DNA of 63,651 nucleotides, taken from the NCBI GenBank assembly GCA_030681555.1, contig JAUXRW010000038.1, positions 1-63,651 of the forward strand, written 5' to 3'. Shown here one piece after another: positions 55,496-63,651 of the stretch. Each line of letters starts with the position of its first letter. Positions within the stretch are counted from its first letter, which is position 1. The DNA is from Acidimicrobiales bacterium. GTDB lineage: Bacteria; Actinomycetota; Acidimicrobiia; Acidimicrobiales; VFJN01. The notes below the pieces were generated by a model. That model was not told where the DNA came from and did no database searches. It saw nothing but the letters and a program-made list of their open reading frames with translations. The translations under genes were made by a program, and so were the position numbers.

Positions 55496-57457
55496 CTAGA
55501 CCCGGGCGGTCGCGACGATTGCCTGCCGGATGCGAGCGACGTCTGGCAGCCACGCCTGCTCGAGCGACGGCGCGTAGGGCGGCGGGCTCGCGGCTGCGCC
55601 GATGCGTCGAATGGGCGCGTCGAGATGCCAGAACGCCTCGTCGGCGACGAAGGCGGCGATCTCGCCACCGATCCCGAACTCCAGGACCGCCTCGTGGGCG
55701 ATCACGAGGCGTCCGGTCTTGCGCACCGACGTCAAGATCGTGGCCCGATCGAGCGGGGTCACGGTCCGCAAGTCGATGACCTCCGCATCGATGCCGTCAG
55801 TGGCGGCCTCGGCGGCGGCAGCCACACAATCGTGCACCATCCGTGAGACCGACACCACGGTCACGTCGGTTCCCGGTCGTCGCACCACGGCAGAGCCGAG
55901 CGGAACGAGGTGATCTGGCGGCGGCTTCGGTCCCTTCATCCCGTAGATCTGGCGATTCTCGATGAAGATCACGGGGTTGGGGTCCTGGATCGCGGCCCGG
56001 AGCATTCCGTAGGTGTCCGCTGGCGTCGACGGCATCGCGACGGTCAGCCCCGGGATGTGGGCCAGCAGCGCTTCCAAGCTCTGGCTGTGTTGGCTCCCGG
56101 CGGACCGCCCCGCACCGAACTGGGTGCGTACAACGAGTGGCAGCGTGGTCCGCCCTCCGGTCATGAACCGCAGCTTGGCCGCTTGGTTCATCAGTTGGTC
56201 GAGGCAGACGCCGATGAAGTCGAGGTACATGAGCTCGACAACCGGGCGGGTGCCCGCCATCGCACCTCCGACGGCGATTCCCATGATCGCCATCTCCGAG
56301 ATCGGGGTGTCGCGGACCCGGTCCGGCCAGCGGTCATGGAGGTGACGGGTGACGGCGAACACGCCGCCGCCGGCGCCGATGTCGATGCCAGCGAGAAAGA
56401 CGCTCGGATCATGTTCGAGCTCGTGCGCAAGGGCGGACTGGACGGCGTCCATCACGCGAAAGGTGGTTCCGTCGTCCACGCATGCTGGTTGCGGCCCGAT
56501 CTTGGGTCGTGGCGCGGTCACGAAGTCCAGCAGGGTGGCGGGATCGGGCTCGGCGCCCTCGGCGGCGGCAAGCGCGGCGGCATCGATCTCGACGGCGAGC
56601 TCGACGTCGAGCGCGTCGAGCTCGGGTGCCGCGCAACCCATCGCAGTGAGCTGCTCGCGCGCGATCAGGAGTGGATCGCGCTGCTTCCAGTCGTCGAGCT
56701 CGGTGGCCGTCCTGTATCGCTGCGGATCGCCTTCGTAGTGACCGTGCCATCGGTAGGTGTCCGCCTCAACGATCACCGGCCCGCGCCCAGTGCGCACGTC
56801 GCTGATCAAGTCGGTCATGACTGCCGCGACCGCCGAGACGTCGTTGCCGGCCACCGCGATGTGGTCGACGCCGTACCCGCTGGCGCGGTCCTTGAGGCTG
56901 GCGCCGTGCTGGGCCGCTTCGGCAGAGAACTCGGCGTAGTGGTTGTTCTCGCAGAAGAAGATCACCGGCAAGCTCCAGACGCGGGCGAGGTTCACCGACT
57001 CGTGGAACATGCCCTGCGCGACAGCGCCGTCGCCGTGGAAGGCGACGACCACCCGTCCGTCGCCGCGCACGACTGCGGCGGTGGCAGCCCCGACCGCGAT
57101 CGGAAGCCCGGCGGCGACGATGCCGTTAGCGCCGAAGATGCCAAGACCGGGGTCGGCGATGTGCATCGAGCCGCCCCGTCCGTGGCAGGTCCCCGTCTCT
57201 CGCCCCAGTAGTTCGGCGAACATGGACTCCGGATCGAGGCCCTTTGCCAGGCAGTGGCCGTGTCCTCGATGGGTCGAGGTGATGATGTCGTCGCGTCCGA
57301 GAGGCCAACAAGCCCCGACCGCGGTCGCCTCCTGGCCGATGGACAGATGGACAAACCCGGGTATGGCGCCGTCTCGGTATAGTTGAGCGGCTCGCTCTTC
57401 GAAACGGCGGACGAGCACCATCCGCCGAAAGAGCTCTGTCAGGGTGTCTCTGTCCAT
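55496..57457 (-). CDS. Fused E1 alpha-beta TPP-dependent dehydrogenase (AcoAB-like)
   Basis: Start MDRDTL at 57457; HLSIGQEA, STHRGHGH, GDGA..ENN, TYRWHGH, then DTPISE, QHSQ, EVIDLR. Confidence 0.92.
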   Translation of the reverse strand: MDRDTLTELFRRMVLVRRFEERAAQLYRDGAIPGFVHLSIGQEATAVGACWPLGRDDIITSTHRGHGHCLAKGLDPESMFAELLGRETGTCHGRGGSMHIADPGLGIFGANGIVAAGLPIAVGAATAAVVRGDGRVVVAFHGDGAVAQGMFHESVNLARVWSLPVIFFCENNHYAEFSAEAAQHGASLKDRASGYGVDHIAVAGNDVSAVAAVMTDLISDVRTGRGPVIVEADTYRWHGHYEGDPQRYRTATELDDWKQRDPLLIAREQLTAMGCAAPELDALDVELAVEIDAAALAAAEGAEPDPATLLDFVTAPRPKIGPQPACVDDGTTFRVMDAVQSALAHELEHDPSVFLAGIDIGAGGGVFAVTRHLHDRWPDRVRDTPISEMAIMGIAVGGAMAGTRPVVELMYLDFIGVCLDQLMNQAAKLRFMTGGRTTLPLVVRTQFGAGRSAGSQHSQSLEALLAHIPGLTVAMPSTPADTYGMLRAAIQDPNPVIFIENRQIYGMKGPKPPPDHLVPLGSAVVRRPGTDVTVVSVSRMVHDCVAAAAEAATDGIDAEVIDLRTVTPLDRATILTSVRKTGRLVIAHEAVLEFGIGGEIAAFVADEAFWHLDAPIRRIGAAASPPPYAPSLEQAWLPDVARIRQAIVATARV

Positions 57458-57509
57458 GAGCGAGGTCCTCTCGTTGCGGGTGCCGGGATCATCGCTTACT
57501 GTCGGGGCA

Positions 57510-57527
57510 GTCAAACGATAGTTTGTC
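57510..57527. promoter_or_regulatory. Palindromic operator candidate in a divergent intergenic region
   Basis: GTCAAAC-GATA-GTTTGTC. Confidence 0.5.
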
Positions 57528-58338
57528 AGCCATGGTTCATGACCAGATCGCAGGAGAGGCCCCGCGACCGATCGTGGTACCCCGCGTCTTGCCGCTTCCC
57601 GGTGCGGTCGCCGGGAAGCGGGTGGTCGTGACCGGTGCCAGTCGGGGCCTGGGAGTGGTGATCTCGACCGCGTTCGCTCGGGCTGGCGCCCGAGTCGCGC
57701 TCGCGGCACGCAACGGGGCCGCGCTCGAACTGTTGGCGGCGGAGCTCGGTTCTGAGACGTTGGTCGTCCCAACCGATTGCAGCCTGCCCGAGGACAACGA
57801 ACGCCTCGCCCAAACGGTGATCGCCGAGTGGGGTGGCCTCGACGTGTGGATCTCGAATGCGGGCATCAGCCCGGTCCTCGGCGGGCCGGCGCGCACGACC
57901 CCGGATCTCTGGCGTCAGGTTATCGATGTGAACCTGAGCGGCGCGTACTACGGCGCCCGAGCCGCGGCGGCCGTGATGACCGATGGGGGTCGCATCATGG
58001 TGACCGCCTCGGTCCTGGCGGATCGGCCCCGGAAGGGGCTCGTCGCCTACTCGGCGTCGAAGGCAGGGATCGTGGCCATGGTCAAGGCCTTGGCGCTCGA
58101 TCTCGCCGATGACGGGATCTTGGTGAACGCAGTGGCGCCGGGGTGGTTCGACTCGCCCCTCACCGAGGCCTGGCAGGCGAACGAGAGGCTTGGCGAATCG
58201 ATCCTTGGTCACACGGCGCTGCACCGTTGGGGAAGCGTCGATGAGCTCGTTGGCGCGTACCTGTTCCTCGCGTCCTCGGCCGCTTCGTTCATCACCGGAA
58301 CGGTGATCACCGTCGACGGAGGATACGCGATCTCGTGA
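57523..58338 (+). CDS. Short-chain dehydrogenase/reductase
   Basis: VVTGASRGLG, NAG, YSASK, NAVAPG; start could be 57532. Confidence 0.92.
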   Translation: MSAMVHDQIAGEAPRPIVVPRVLPLPGAVAGKRVVVTGASRGLGVVISTAFARAGARVALAARNGAALELLAAELGSETLVVPTDCSLPEDNERLAQTVIAEWGGLDVWISNAGISPVLGGPARTTPDLWRQVIDVNLSGAYYGARAAAAVMTDGGRIMVTASVLADRPRKGLVAYSASKAGIVAMVKALALDLADDGILVNAVAPGWFDSPLTEAWQANERLGESILGHTALHRWGSVDELVGAYLFLASSAASFITGTVITVDGGYAIS

Positions 58339-59393
58339 GGTCACTCGTGTGGCACGGCGCGCGCGATCTGCGCCTCGAGGAGGTGCCAGAGCCCGACCGG
58401 GTCGGCCTGGGTGAGGCGATCGTGCAGGTGAGGTTCTGCGGGATCTGCGGCACTGATCTGCACGAGTACGCCGAGGGCCCCGTCATGATCCGGCCCGGCC
58501 GCCATCCGCTCACTGGTGAGGCGCCGCCGTTCGCGCTCGGTCATGAGTTCACGGGGCGCGTCGTTGCGGTGGGCGTCGACGTCGAGGTTCCGGTCGGCGC
58601 GCGGGTCGCAGTCGACCCTTGCTGGAGGTGCGGCACGTGCTACTGGTGCCGCCGTGGGGAGTACCACATCTGTCGCACTGGCGGTTCCGTTGGCCTCGCC
58701 TCCCCCGGCGCCCTCGCGCCGTTGGTGCGCGTCCCGGCCGCTGGGCTCGTGGTGGTTCCCGATGCCGTCGACGATCGCTCGGCGGCCCTTGCCGAACCTC
58801 TGTCGGTCGGGTTGCACGCGGTGTCGCGAGGTGATGTGCGGGTGGGCGACACCGTGTTGGTCCACGGCTTCGGTCCGGTCGGTGCCGCAGTCCTGCTCGC
58901 CGCCCAGCTGGCCGGCGCGGCCGCCACCTTTGTCAGTGAGCCGAGTGCGGAGCGCCGGCAGTGGGCCGCGCGACTCGGCGCAACCGCGGTGTTCGATCCG
59001 CTCGTGGATGATGTCCGTGCGGAAACGTACCAAGCGACCGGTCGAGTCGGGGCTGACGTCGTCTTCGAATGCACGGGGGTGCCCGCACTGCTCGACGGCG
59101 TGGTCGACACCGCCCGCCGCGGTGGTCGGATCGTGCTGGTGGGCGTGGGACACGGCCACGGCGAACTGAGGACGAACCGCGTCGTTCTGTTCGAGCGGCA
59201 GCTCATCGGCAGCTTGGGGTACAACCACGACCTGCCCCGGGTGATCGAGCTCATCGCCGCCGGTCGCCTGGACCCAACGCCTCTCATCACGGGGGTTGTG
59301 CCTCTCGATCGCGCAGTTGAAGACGCGTTCGAGGTGTTGCTCGCTGACCGCGGCAGCCACATGAAGGTGCTCATCGACGTGGGGGAGGTGTGA
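58335..59393 (+). CDS. Zn-dependent alcohol dehydrogenase (2,3-butanediol dehydrogenase-like MDR)
   Basis: CGICGTDLHEY, GHE, CWRCGTCYWC..C structural Zn site, GFGPVG. Confidence 0.92.
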   Translation: MRSLVWHGARDLRLEEVPEPDRVGLGEAIVQVRFCGICGTDLHEYAEGPVMIRPGRHPLTGEAPPFALGHEFTGRVVAVGVDVEVPVGARVAVDPCWRCGTCYWCRRGEYHICRTGGSVGLASPGALAPLVRVPAAGLVVVPDAVDDRSAALAEPLSVGLHAVSRGDVRVGDTVLVHGFGPVGAAVLLAAQLAGAAATFVSEPSAERRQWAARLGATAVFDPLVDDVRAETYQATGRVGADVVFECTGVPALLDGVVDTARRGGRIVLVGVGHGHGELRTNRVVLFERQLIGSLGYNHDLPRVIELIAAGRLDPTPLITGVVPLDRAVEDAFEVLLADRGSHMKVLIDVGEV

Positions 59394-60542
59394 ATGGATT
59401 TCGAGCTATCAGCTGATCAGGAAGCTCTGCAGGGGCTGGCGCGTCGATTCGCGCGCGAGGTGATCGCCCCGCAGGCCGCTGACTGGTGGGAGAAGGAGTA
59501 CTTCCCTGTCGATGTGATGCGCCAGCTCGGCCAGCTCGGGCTGATGGGCCTCCTGGTGCCCGAGCGTTACGGCGGGACCGATGCCGGGATGGTGGGCTAC
59601 GTCGCGGCAATGGAGGAGATCGGCGTCGCGGATCAATCGTTCGCAGCGGCGTGGAACGCGCACACCACGATCGGCTCGCTGCCCTTGCTCGCCTTTGGCA
59701 CTGAGGAGCAACGGGAACGTTGGCTTCGACCCTTGGCCGAAGGCACCAAGCTAGGCGCCTTCGGATTGACCGAGGCCGAGGCCGGCTCGGACGCCGCCGG
59801 CATCCGCACCCGAGCGGTCCGCGACGGCGACGAATGGGTCATCAACGGGACGAAGATGTTCATCTCCAATGCCGGTACGGAGATGTCCCTCGGTGTGACG
59901 TTGCTAGCGTTGACCGGCCGCGAGGAGGACGGGCGCAAGCGGTACGGCTCGTTCGTCGTGCCGGCGGGTACACCGGGGTTCAAGCTGGGAGAGCGGCTCA
60001 AGAAGCTCGGATGGCATGGGTTGGACACGCGGGAGCTCGTCTTCGATGATTGCCGGGTACCCGCTGATCACCTCGTCGGGGCCGAGGGGGCCGGACTCCG
60101 GCAGTTCCTTGAGATCCTCGGAGCCGGACGGATCTCGATCGCCGCGCTGTCGGTGTCGTTGGCACGTGCGTCGCTCGAGCTCGCACTTGCACATGCCAAG
60201 GATCGCCGCCAGTTCGGACGCTCGATCTCAGAGTTCCAGGCGATCCAGCACAAGCTGGCGGACATCGCTACGGAGCTGCAAGCGGCCCGGTGGCTCACCT
60301 ATCGGGCTGCCTCGCTGTACGATGCGGGCCGGCCGTACGCGACCGAGGCGGCGATGGCCAAGCTCTTCGCCTCGGAGGTGGCGAACCGCTCAGCGTCGGA
60401 GGCGTTGCAGATCCACGGCGGGTATGGCTACATGCGCGAGAGCGCCATTTCACGGTTCTATGCCGACGCGAAGATCCTCGAGATCGGCGAAGGCACCAAT
60501 GAGATCCAACGGACCGTCATCGCTCGGGCGCTCGGGTGCTGA
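59394..60542 (+). CDS. Acyl-CoA dehydrogenase
   Basis: FGLTEAEAGSDA, NGTKMFISN, FQAIQHKLA, IHGGYGY, EIGEGTNEIQR. Confidence 0.95.
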   Translation: MDFELSADQEALQGLARRFAREVIAPQAADWWEKEYFPVDVMRQLGQLGLMGLLVPERYGGTDAGMVGYVAAMEEIGVADQSFAAAWNAHTTIGSLPLLAFGTEEQRERWLRPLAEGTKLGAFGLTEAEAGSDAAGIRTRAVRDGDEWVINGTKMFISNAGTEMSLGVTLLALTGREEDGRKRYGSFVVPAGTPGFKLGERLKKLGWHGLDTRELVFDDCRVPADHLVGAEGAGLRQFLEILGAGRISIAALSVSLARASLELALAHAKDRRQFGRSISEFQAIQHKLADIATELQAARWLTYRAASLYDAGRPYATEAAMAKLFASEVANRSASEALQIHGGYGYMRESAISRFYADAKILEIGEGTNEIQRTVIARALGC

Positions 60543-60563
60543 TCAACGTCGCTCGTACCTGCT

Positions 60564-61205
60564 ATGCAGTGGCCAGTGAAGAGAGGTCTGGAGGGAGTCC
60601 GGCGAGTGCCGACCGATCGGCTGGATAACACGCGGCGCGAGGAGATCCTCGATGTGGCCGCGGAGATCTTCGGGAAGAAGGGGTACCGGGCGGCCACCCT
60701 GAACGACGTCGCGAAGGCGATGGGGTTCACTCGTGCCGCGCTCTACTACTACTTCGAGAACAAGCAGGAGATGCTGGCGGCCCTATCAGATATGGCCGGT
60801 TTGCACCTCATGACGCAGCTTGACAAGCGCTTGGCCGAGGACGGAACGACCTTGGACAAGGTGCGCGGGATCCTGCTGGATCACGCGAGCGCGTTCATCC
60901 GTCAGCCTCGGCTCTTCTCTGTCTTCCAGGCGGAGGTCTCGGAGCTTCCGACTGCAGCCCGTCAGCGGCTTGAGTCGGGTGAGCGGGCCTACATCGGTGC
61001 CATCGCCAGCCTGCTGGAGGTCGGCATGGACGAGGGTACGTTCGCGCGGCGGCCGGCGAAGCCGTCGGCGCTGGCGATGGTGGGCATGGCGAACTCGGTT
61101 GCACGCTGGTATCGACCGCAAGCGGGTTTGTCGGCAAAGGAGGTGGGTGAGCTCATCGTCGACCTCTGCGTGGGAGGGCTGACCACGCCGTCTGCGTTGT
61201 CATGA
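60564..61205 (+). CDS. TetR/AcrR-family regulator
   Basis: RREEILDVAAEIF..KGY...GFTRAALYYYFENK; start may be GTG 60606. Confidence 0.92.
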   Translation: MQWPVKRGLEGVRRVPTDRLDNTRREEILDVAAEIFGKKGYRAATLNDVAKAMGFTRAALYYYFENKQEMLAALSDMAGLHLMTQLDKRLAEDGTTLDKVRGILLDHASAFIRQPRLFSVFQAEVSELPTAARQRLESGERAYIGAIASLLEVGMDEGTFARRPAKPSALAMVGMANSVARWYRPQAGLSAKEVGELIVDLCVGGLTTPSALS

Positions 61206-63503
61206 CGCCGTCGCATCGGGTCGGTGCGCGGCGCGCCAGACCTTCTCTGGCGTCAGGGGCGGATCGATGTGGCGAACACCGAGGTGGCTCAGCGCATCAC
61301 AGACGGCGCTCACGACGGCGGGGGTCGAGCCGATCGAGCCGGACTCCCCGACGCCTTTGACGCCGAGCGGGTTCAACGGGCTGGGGGTGACCACTTCGTG
61401 GGTCTCGAACCGGGGGAGCTCTGACGCTGCCGGGGTGAGGTAGTCGGTCAGGGTCGTGGCCTGTGGTTGACCTTCTGCGGTGAACGAGATCTCCTCGAAC
61501 AGCGCCTGCGCCACGCCTTGGGCGAGGCCGCCGTGGATCTGGCCCTCCACGATTAGCGGGTTGAGGATGTTGCCGCAGTCGTCGACCGCGACCAGCCTGA
61601 GGAGATCGACCTTGCCGGTGTCGGGGTCGACGTCGACGACTGCGCCGTGCGCGCCAGAGGGGAACGTGACGCCCGCCTGGGTGAAGGTGGTTTCGACGCG
61701 GAGCCCTTCTTCGAAGTCGGCGGGACGGCGGGTCGGGTCGGCCGCGGCGACCGCAAGCTCTTGCAACGTGACTGCTTTGGCCGGTGTGCCCCGCACCGCC
61801 GCAGCGCCAGCTATGAGCTCGATATCCTCAGGCGCGGCTTCGAACAGGTGAGCGGCGAGGTCGCGCAGGCGGTCCGCGAGCTGTGCTGACGCCTTCTGCA
61901 CCGCGGAGCCGCCGAACTGGGCAGAGCGGCTTCCGACGGTGCCGCCTCCTGTGGGCACGAGCGCCGTGTCTCCGTGGATCACCTTGATGTGGTCCATCGG
62001 CACGCCGAGCTCGTCCGCGACGATCTGCGACCACGTCGTGGCGTGACCCTGACCGTGTGGCGACGTGCCGGTCAGGACCTGTACGCGGCCGTTGTCGAGA
62101 ACCTCGACGGTGGCGTCCTCGCTGAGGCCGATGCCACCAGTGATCTCCACGTAGCAGGCGATTCCGATGCCGAGCAGTGGGCTGGCACCCGAGCTTCGTC
62201 GCCGGTGCTGCTCGGCCCGCAGTTCCTCATAGCCCATCGCTGCGAGGAGCGTCTCGAGCAGGGCAGGGTAGTTCCCGCTGTCGTAGGTCACTCCCGTGAC
62301 GGTCGCGTAGGGGAACGCGTCGGCCGGGATCAGGTTGCGTCGACGCAGCTCGGCGGGGTCCATGTCGAGCTCGAGGGCGAGGTGATCGAGCGCTCGTTCG
62401 ATCAGGTACGTGGCCTCCGGGCGGCCAGCGCCGCGGTAGGCCGACGTCGGGGTCGTGTTGGTCATCGCCCCGCGCGAGCTGACGTGCACACGTGGAAACC
62501 GATAGGTGCCTTGCGCCATCATGCCAGTGGCCATCAAGAGCATCGGTGTCATGCTCGGATACGCGCCGACATCACCGACGAGCTCTGCGCTGAGCGCCAC
62601 CACGGTCCCGTCCTGTTTCGCGCCGATCGTGAAGTGCTGGTGCTGCGCCCGTCCATGGGTGGTCGCGATCATGTTCTCACTCCGTGTCTCGGTGTAGCGC
62701 ACGGGGCGCCCGAGCCGGCGAGCGAGCAGGGGGAGGAGGAGCTCCTCGGGGTATGCGTTCGCCTTGGCGCCAAAGCCGCCGCCAACGTCCGGCGCGATGA
62801 CCCGCACCTCGCTCGCTTCGACGTGCAGGGCCGCGGCGATGTCATCGCGCAACTTGTGGGGCTGCTGGGTGGAGGACCACACCGTGAACTCGCCTGATTC
62901 CGGGTGCCAGCCCGCGAGGACGGAACGCGGCTCGAGCGAGACCGACGCAACCCGCTGGTTCAGGATCGCGCCGTCGACGACCACGTCAGCGTCCTTCAGC
63001 AGATCGTCGGGCCTCGGCATTGCCAGACCGCCGATCTGGTTCGTGCCCCACGTTTCCCAGATCACCGGCGACCCAGGATCGAGGGCGGCGATGGGGTCAA
63101 CGACGGCAGCCAGCTGCTCGTAGTCGATCTCGATCGCGCTCGCTCCGTCGACCGCGGCGTAGCGGCTCTCTGCCAAGACGACGGCGATCGGCTCGCCTAC
63201 GTAGCGGACTCGCCCGCGGGCGAGGCTTGGCTGCTCCAGACCGGGAAGGGGGACGAAGCCGCCGCCAGTCGGCACCAGTGGGAGGTCATCGCCCAGGTCA
63301 TCGGCGGTGAACACAGCGACGACCCCGGGACTCGCCGTCGCCCGCGAGGTGTCAATGCCGCGCAGCTCGGCATGTGCTTCGTAGCTTCGGACGAACGCAG
63401 CGTGCAGCATGTCGGGCAGCGCGATGTCCTCCGTGTAGCAGTGCTGTCCGACGAGGAGGCGTGCGTCTTCGACCCGCTCGACCCGGTTTCCGAGAATGCT
63501 CAT
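61200..63503 (-). CDS. Xanthine dehydrogenase-family molybdopterin subunit (CoxL form II / CutA-like)
   Basis: GNRVERVED, GGGFGAK, AYRGAGRPEA, GQGHATT, KGVGESG. Confidence 0.92.
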   Translation of the reverse strand: MSILGNRVERVEDARLLVGQHCYTEDIALPDMLHAAFVRSYEAHAELRGIDTSRATASPGVVAVFTADDLGDDLPLVPTGGGFVPLPGLEQPSLARGRVRYVGEPIAVVLAESRYAAVDGASAIEIDYEQLAAVVDPIAALDPGSPVIWETWGTNQIGGLAMPRPDDLLKDADVVVDGAILNQRVASVSLEPRSVLAGWHPESGEFTVWSSTQQPHKLRDDIAAALHVEASEVRVIAPDVGGGFGAKANAYPEELLLPLLARRLGRPVRYTETRSENMIATTHGRAQHQHFTIGAKQDGTVVALSAELVGDVGAYPSMTPMLLMATGMMAQGTYRFPRVHVSSRGAMTNTTPTSAYRGAGRPEATYLIERALDHLALELDMDPAELRRRNLIPADAFPYATVTGVTYDSGNYPALLETLLAAMGYEELRAEQHRRRSSGASPLLGIGIACYVEITGGIGLSEDATVEVLDNGRVQVLTGTSPHGQGHATTWSQIVADELGVPMDHIKVIHGDTALVPTGGGTVGSRSAQFGGSAVQKASAQLADRLRDLAAHLFEAAPEDIELIAGAAAVRGTPAKAVTLQELAVAAADPTRRPADFEEGLRVETTFTQAGVTFPSGAHGAVVDVDPDTGKVDLLRLVAVDDCGNILNPLIVEGQIHGGLAQGVAQALFEEISFTAEGQPQATTLTDYLTPAASELPRFETHEVVTPSPLNPLGVKGVGESGSIGSTPAVVSAVCDALSHLGVRHIDPPLTPEKVWRAAHRPDATAS

Positions 63504-63651
63504 GTGCGGTCGCTCCTAGTTCGTTCCACTTGCGCGCACGTTAGCGAGGTTGGCGGTCGGTGCGTCGCCCCAGAGGTTGTCCCGGGTCTTGTTGAAGTGA
63601 GGTGGCGGTCCCCCGCCTGAGACCTGCCGGCTGGTAGGTGTCGGGTTCGAC

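Noticed and set aside
61200-63503. True aerobic CO dehydrogenase (form I)
   Set aside because: Active-site motif is AYRGAGR, not AYxCSFR
63504-63651. 3' end of a coxS/coxM gene or an RNA element
   Set aside because: No recognisable motif or structure in the 148 bp available
1-63651. tRNA, rRNA, CRISPR, integrase or phage genes
   Set aside because: None recognised on either strand by manual reading; a covariance-model scan was not possible

Overview
High-GC actinobacterial DNA; an Acidimicrobiia-like origin is inferred from gene style, not proven. (1) 71-6533: copper-resistance island with csoR, copA, a secreted His-motif protein, copZ, an AhpD-like gene, a frameshifted CopB-type ATPase and three CsoR-type operators. 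(2) 6728-42407: large cluster for catabolism of a hydrophobic, lipid/terpenoid/steroid-like substrate. It encodes a P450 with ferredoxin, a DUF35/thiolase pair, SDR, TPP E1alpha/E1beta with a free lipoyl domain and a distant free E2 core, enoyl-CoA hydratase, acyl-CoA dehydrogenase, CoA ligase, UbiB kinase, flavoproteins, a Rieske oxygenase, an SCP2 protein, TetR, and two LIV/HAAT-type ABC systems. (3) 42511-47536: decay zone with an intact IS5, a dead thiE-thiO operon under an intact TPP riboswitch, an SRPBCC-TetR-MFS' unit with tetO-like operators, and an IS256/IS30 scar. (4) 47689-63503: a third LIV-type ABC system, a Rid protein, a fused E1alpha-beta, SDR, Zn-ADH, ACAD, TetR and a CoxL-like molybdoenzyme subunit. 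The best candidate for an undescribed system is the three LIV-type ABC transporters. All three carry a large secreted C-terminally anchored accessory protein, two also carry a small QxPYLxS membrane protein, and all sit inside lipid-catabolic operons. This suggests a dedicated hydrophobic-substrate importer, possibly a functional analogue of Mce. All calls are from motif reading by eye; no searches were run. No rRNA, tRNA or CRISPR array was seen.
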